A stretch of 64,000 nucleotides of DNA from Lingula anatina (taxonomy: Eukaryota > Animalia > Brachiopoda): positions 8,688,954 through 8,752,953 of the forward strand of contig CM120644.1 in NCBI GenBank assembly GCA_051362555.1, in the 5' to 3' direction. Shown here one piece after another: positions 62,223-64,000 of this stretch. Under the pieces are notes generated by a model. The model was given only the letters and a program-made list of their open reading frames with translations, did not search any database and had not been told where the DNA came from. A program made the translations under genes and the position numbers. The stretch's first letter is position 1. Each line of letters starts with the position of its first letter.

Positions 62223-62764
62223 TACCTTACAATGCACCCAACTGTGCAGACTCCCCACATAATGTGCTGTCTGTCTCCCAGGGACTGTTTACCTCAAACA
62301 GCTGTTATCGATCACGATAAACCTACTCTTACCTCTGGCCAAAGACGGTTCCAGGGAGGGTACAGCAGGCACTCAGCTTCCGAGGTGACAAGTCTACTCC
62401 CTACCGACCCCTACCACCTCCCCCTCTCAAAAATAAATAAATAAATAAATAAATAAATTAATTAAAATAAAAAAATAAAAAGGTAATAATAATGATAATA
62501 ATAATAAATATAATGTATGATTACCGAAATTAGGCAATCCCACATATTTCCCTTCTCTAGCTGTGCGATACATATTTAATATGAAAAAAAACCTTGCTTC
62601 GCTTCGCCCGACATTTTCCATCCTTGCCCCCCCCCCCCCTCTGCCCGTCCACTTCTTACCAAAGTCCGTTACCCACCAGAGTCTATCTATAGCTACAGTT
62701 TGATTTAAGTTAATTCGAATGATAACCATTGTAGGGTTTAGACATTCTATAGTGCTTCATCACA

Positions 62765-63558
62765 ATGATTTCACTAAAGTTTTCAACCCTTTTTCTGATA
62801 CACTTGGTGTGGCTAGCATATGGAACGAGCGAACAAAATTTATCACCGAACATTACCGAAATCAGCAAGCGTGTCAAGGCGTTGGAAGCTTCACTCACCA
62901 GCATGAGTGTATGGGTGGAGAGACTGGAGCTTGAAGCCCGTCAAATGCGCAACGCAAGCGGAAAATCGGGTTAGTGAATTTTTATGTATAATTGGTGATA
63001 ATCCTATCGGTTTATAATAGCTTCATAAAGAAACCTGTGTTTTGTGTAATATAGAGGACATTTTTAACGCCAGACAGTGGTCCTTTTCATGATTTCCCCA
63101 AACCAAATTGTGTGACCCTGGCTCTGATACTGGCTTTTTTATCTTCAGATGTGCCGGTCGTTGCATTTTCGACGCGACTAACCAAGTCTCTTCCAGTTAG
63201 TGCAAAGGACAATTTAGCGTTTTCTGGCGTTATCCTTAACACGGGAAATGCATACGATCCAGCAACTGGACGCTTTACTTGTCCTGTCAACGGCACTTAC
63301 TTCTTCACGGCAACCATTTTGACGTCATATAAAGGGGGAAAGGTCGAGGTCAAGTTGGTCAGCAGCAAGAAACCGGAAGATTATCTGATGCTTCTTCTTG
63401 CCGTTAGTCTTACCGACCATAACAGCGGGTCCAATTCTGTAATATTTCAGTGTGAGAAAGGGGAGGAAGTTTACCTACAAGTTTTCTACGTTGATGCACC
63501 GAGTCCAACTTTGTGGAACTATTGGTCCACATTCTCTGGATATCTCATCGCCACATAA
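62765..63558 (+). CDS. Secreted C1q-domain-containing protein, copy 2; exons 62765-62969 and 63149-63558
   Basis: Close paralogue of copy 1 with the same phase-1 intron, intact frame and the same gC1q motifs. Confidence 0.93.
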
Positions 63559-64000
63559 AAATGAAAAGTGAAAGCAAATGTGACGTTGTTTTGACGTTTT
63601 GGCGTCACAATACACTTGTCATTTACCCCTTGATGTTTACAAGTATGTGATTAACAATTGTGGTCATTTAAATTATCTTACTGTGACTACAAGTTGATTA
63701 TAAATACATCCGTTACCATAATGAAATAATAAACAATAAAACAAGCTGCAATTATATGATACGTATTGTTACATCTTTGATCGAATAGTTCAAGTGTCCG
63801 CTATTTGTTCCGATTATTTATGTCGTTCCTTCTGAGCATTGTCTGGGGAAATTCGGTACACCCCTCTGTCGTGGCCCGGGGTCCTCGCAGAAGTCGCCTC
63901 AGAGAGAAATGCTTAAGCTGTGTTTGCCTCGTGTGATAAAAATAAAACGTAATCACTTCAGGGGTAGTCATAACTTAAAGGGGTGTACTTTCGTTTTACT

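Noticed and set aside
1-64000. CRISPR array or prokaryotic operon/defence system
   Set aside because: The sequence is intron-rich eukaryotic DNA with no regularly spaced repeat-spacer array

Overview
AT-rich animal genomic DNA, probably a lophotrochozoan such as a mollusc (inferred from the signal-peptide/coiled-coil C1q genes and repeat types). Most of the window (5809-57005, + strand) is one gene that I assembled by hand into 52 phase-consistent GT-AG coding exons (9,699 nt, about 3,232 aa). It encodes a polycystin-1-like receptor with an architecture I do not recognise from described family members: signal peptide, (MAM-FN3)x3, CUBx2, Thr-rich stalk, GAIN-like region with two furin sites and a cysteine-less GPS lacking the catalytic residues, TM1, PLAT, polycystin membrane/channel region, coiled coil, tandem ZU5-like domains and a C-terminal death domain. 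Intron 19 carries a recent 10.5-kb antisense Ty3/Gypsy element (503-bp LTRs about 99% identical, TA...TA ends, GTAT TSD). This element combines an integrase chromodomain, an F-type env with a predicted in-frame gag-env splice, and a TGA-CTAG readthrough signal between gag and pol. Other introns hold a Tc1 element, a fold-back Tc1 derivative, a RecQ-helicase-bearing (AcademH-like) non-autonomous element, a Helentron-type repeat and small MITEs. The window ends with two tandem C1q-domain genes separated by a tRNA-derived SINE and a fold-back mariner derivative. All calls come from reading the sequence; no database search was run.
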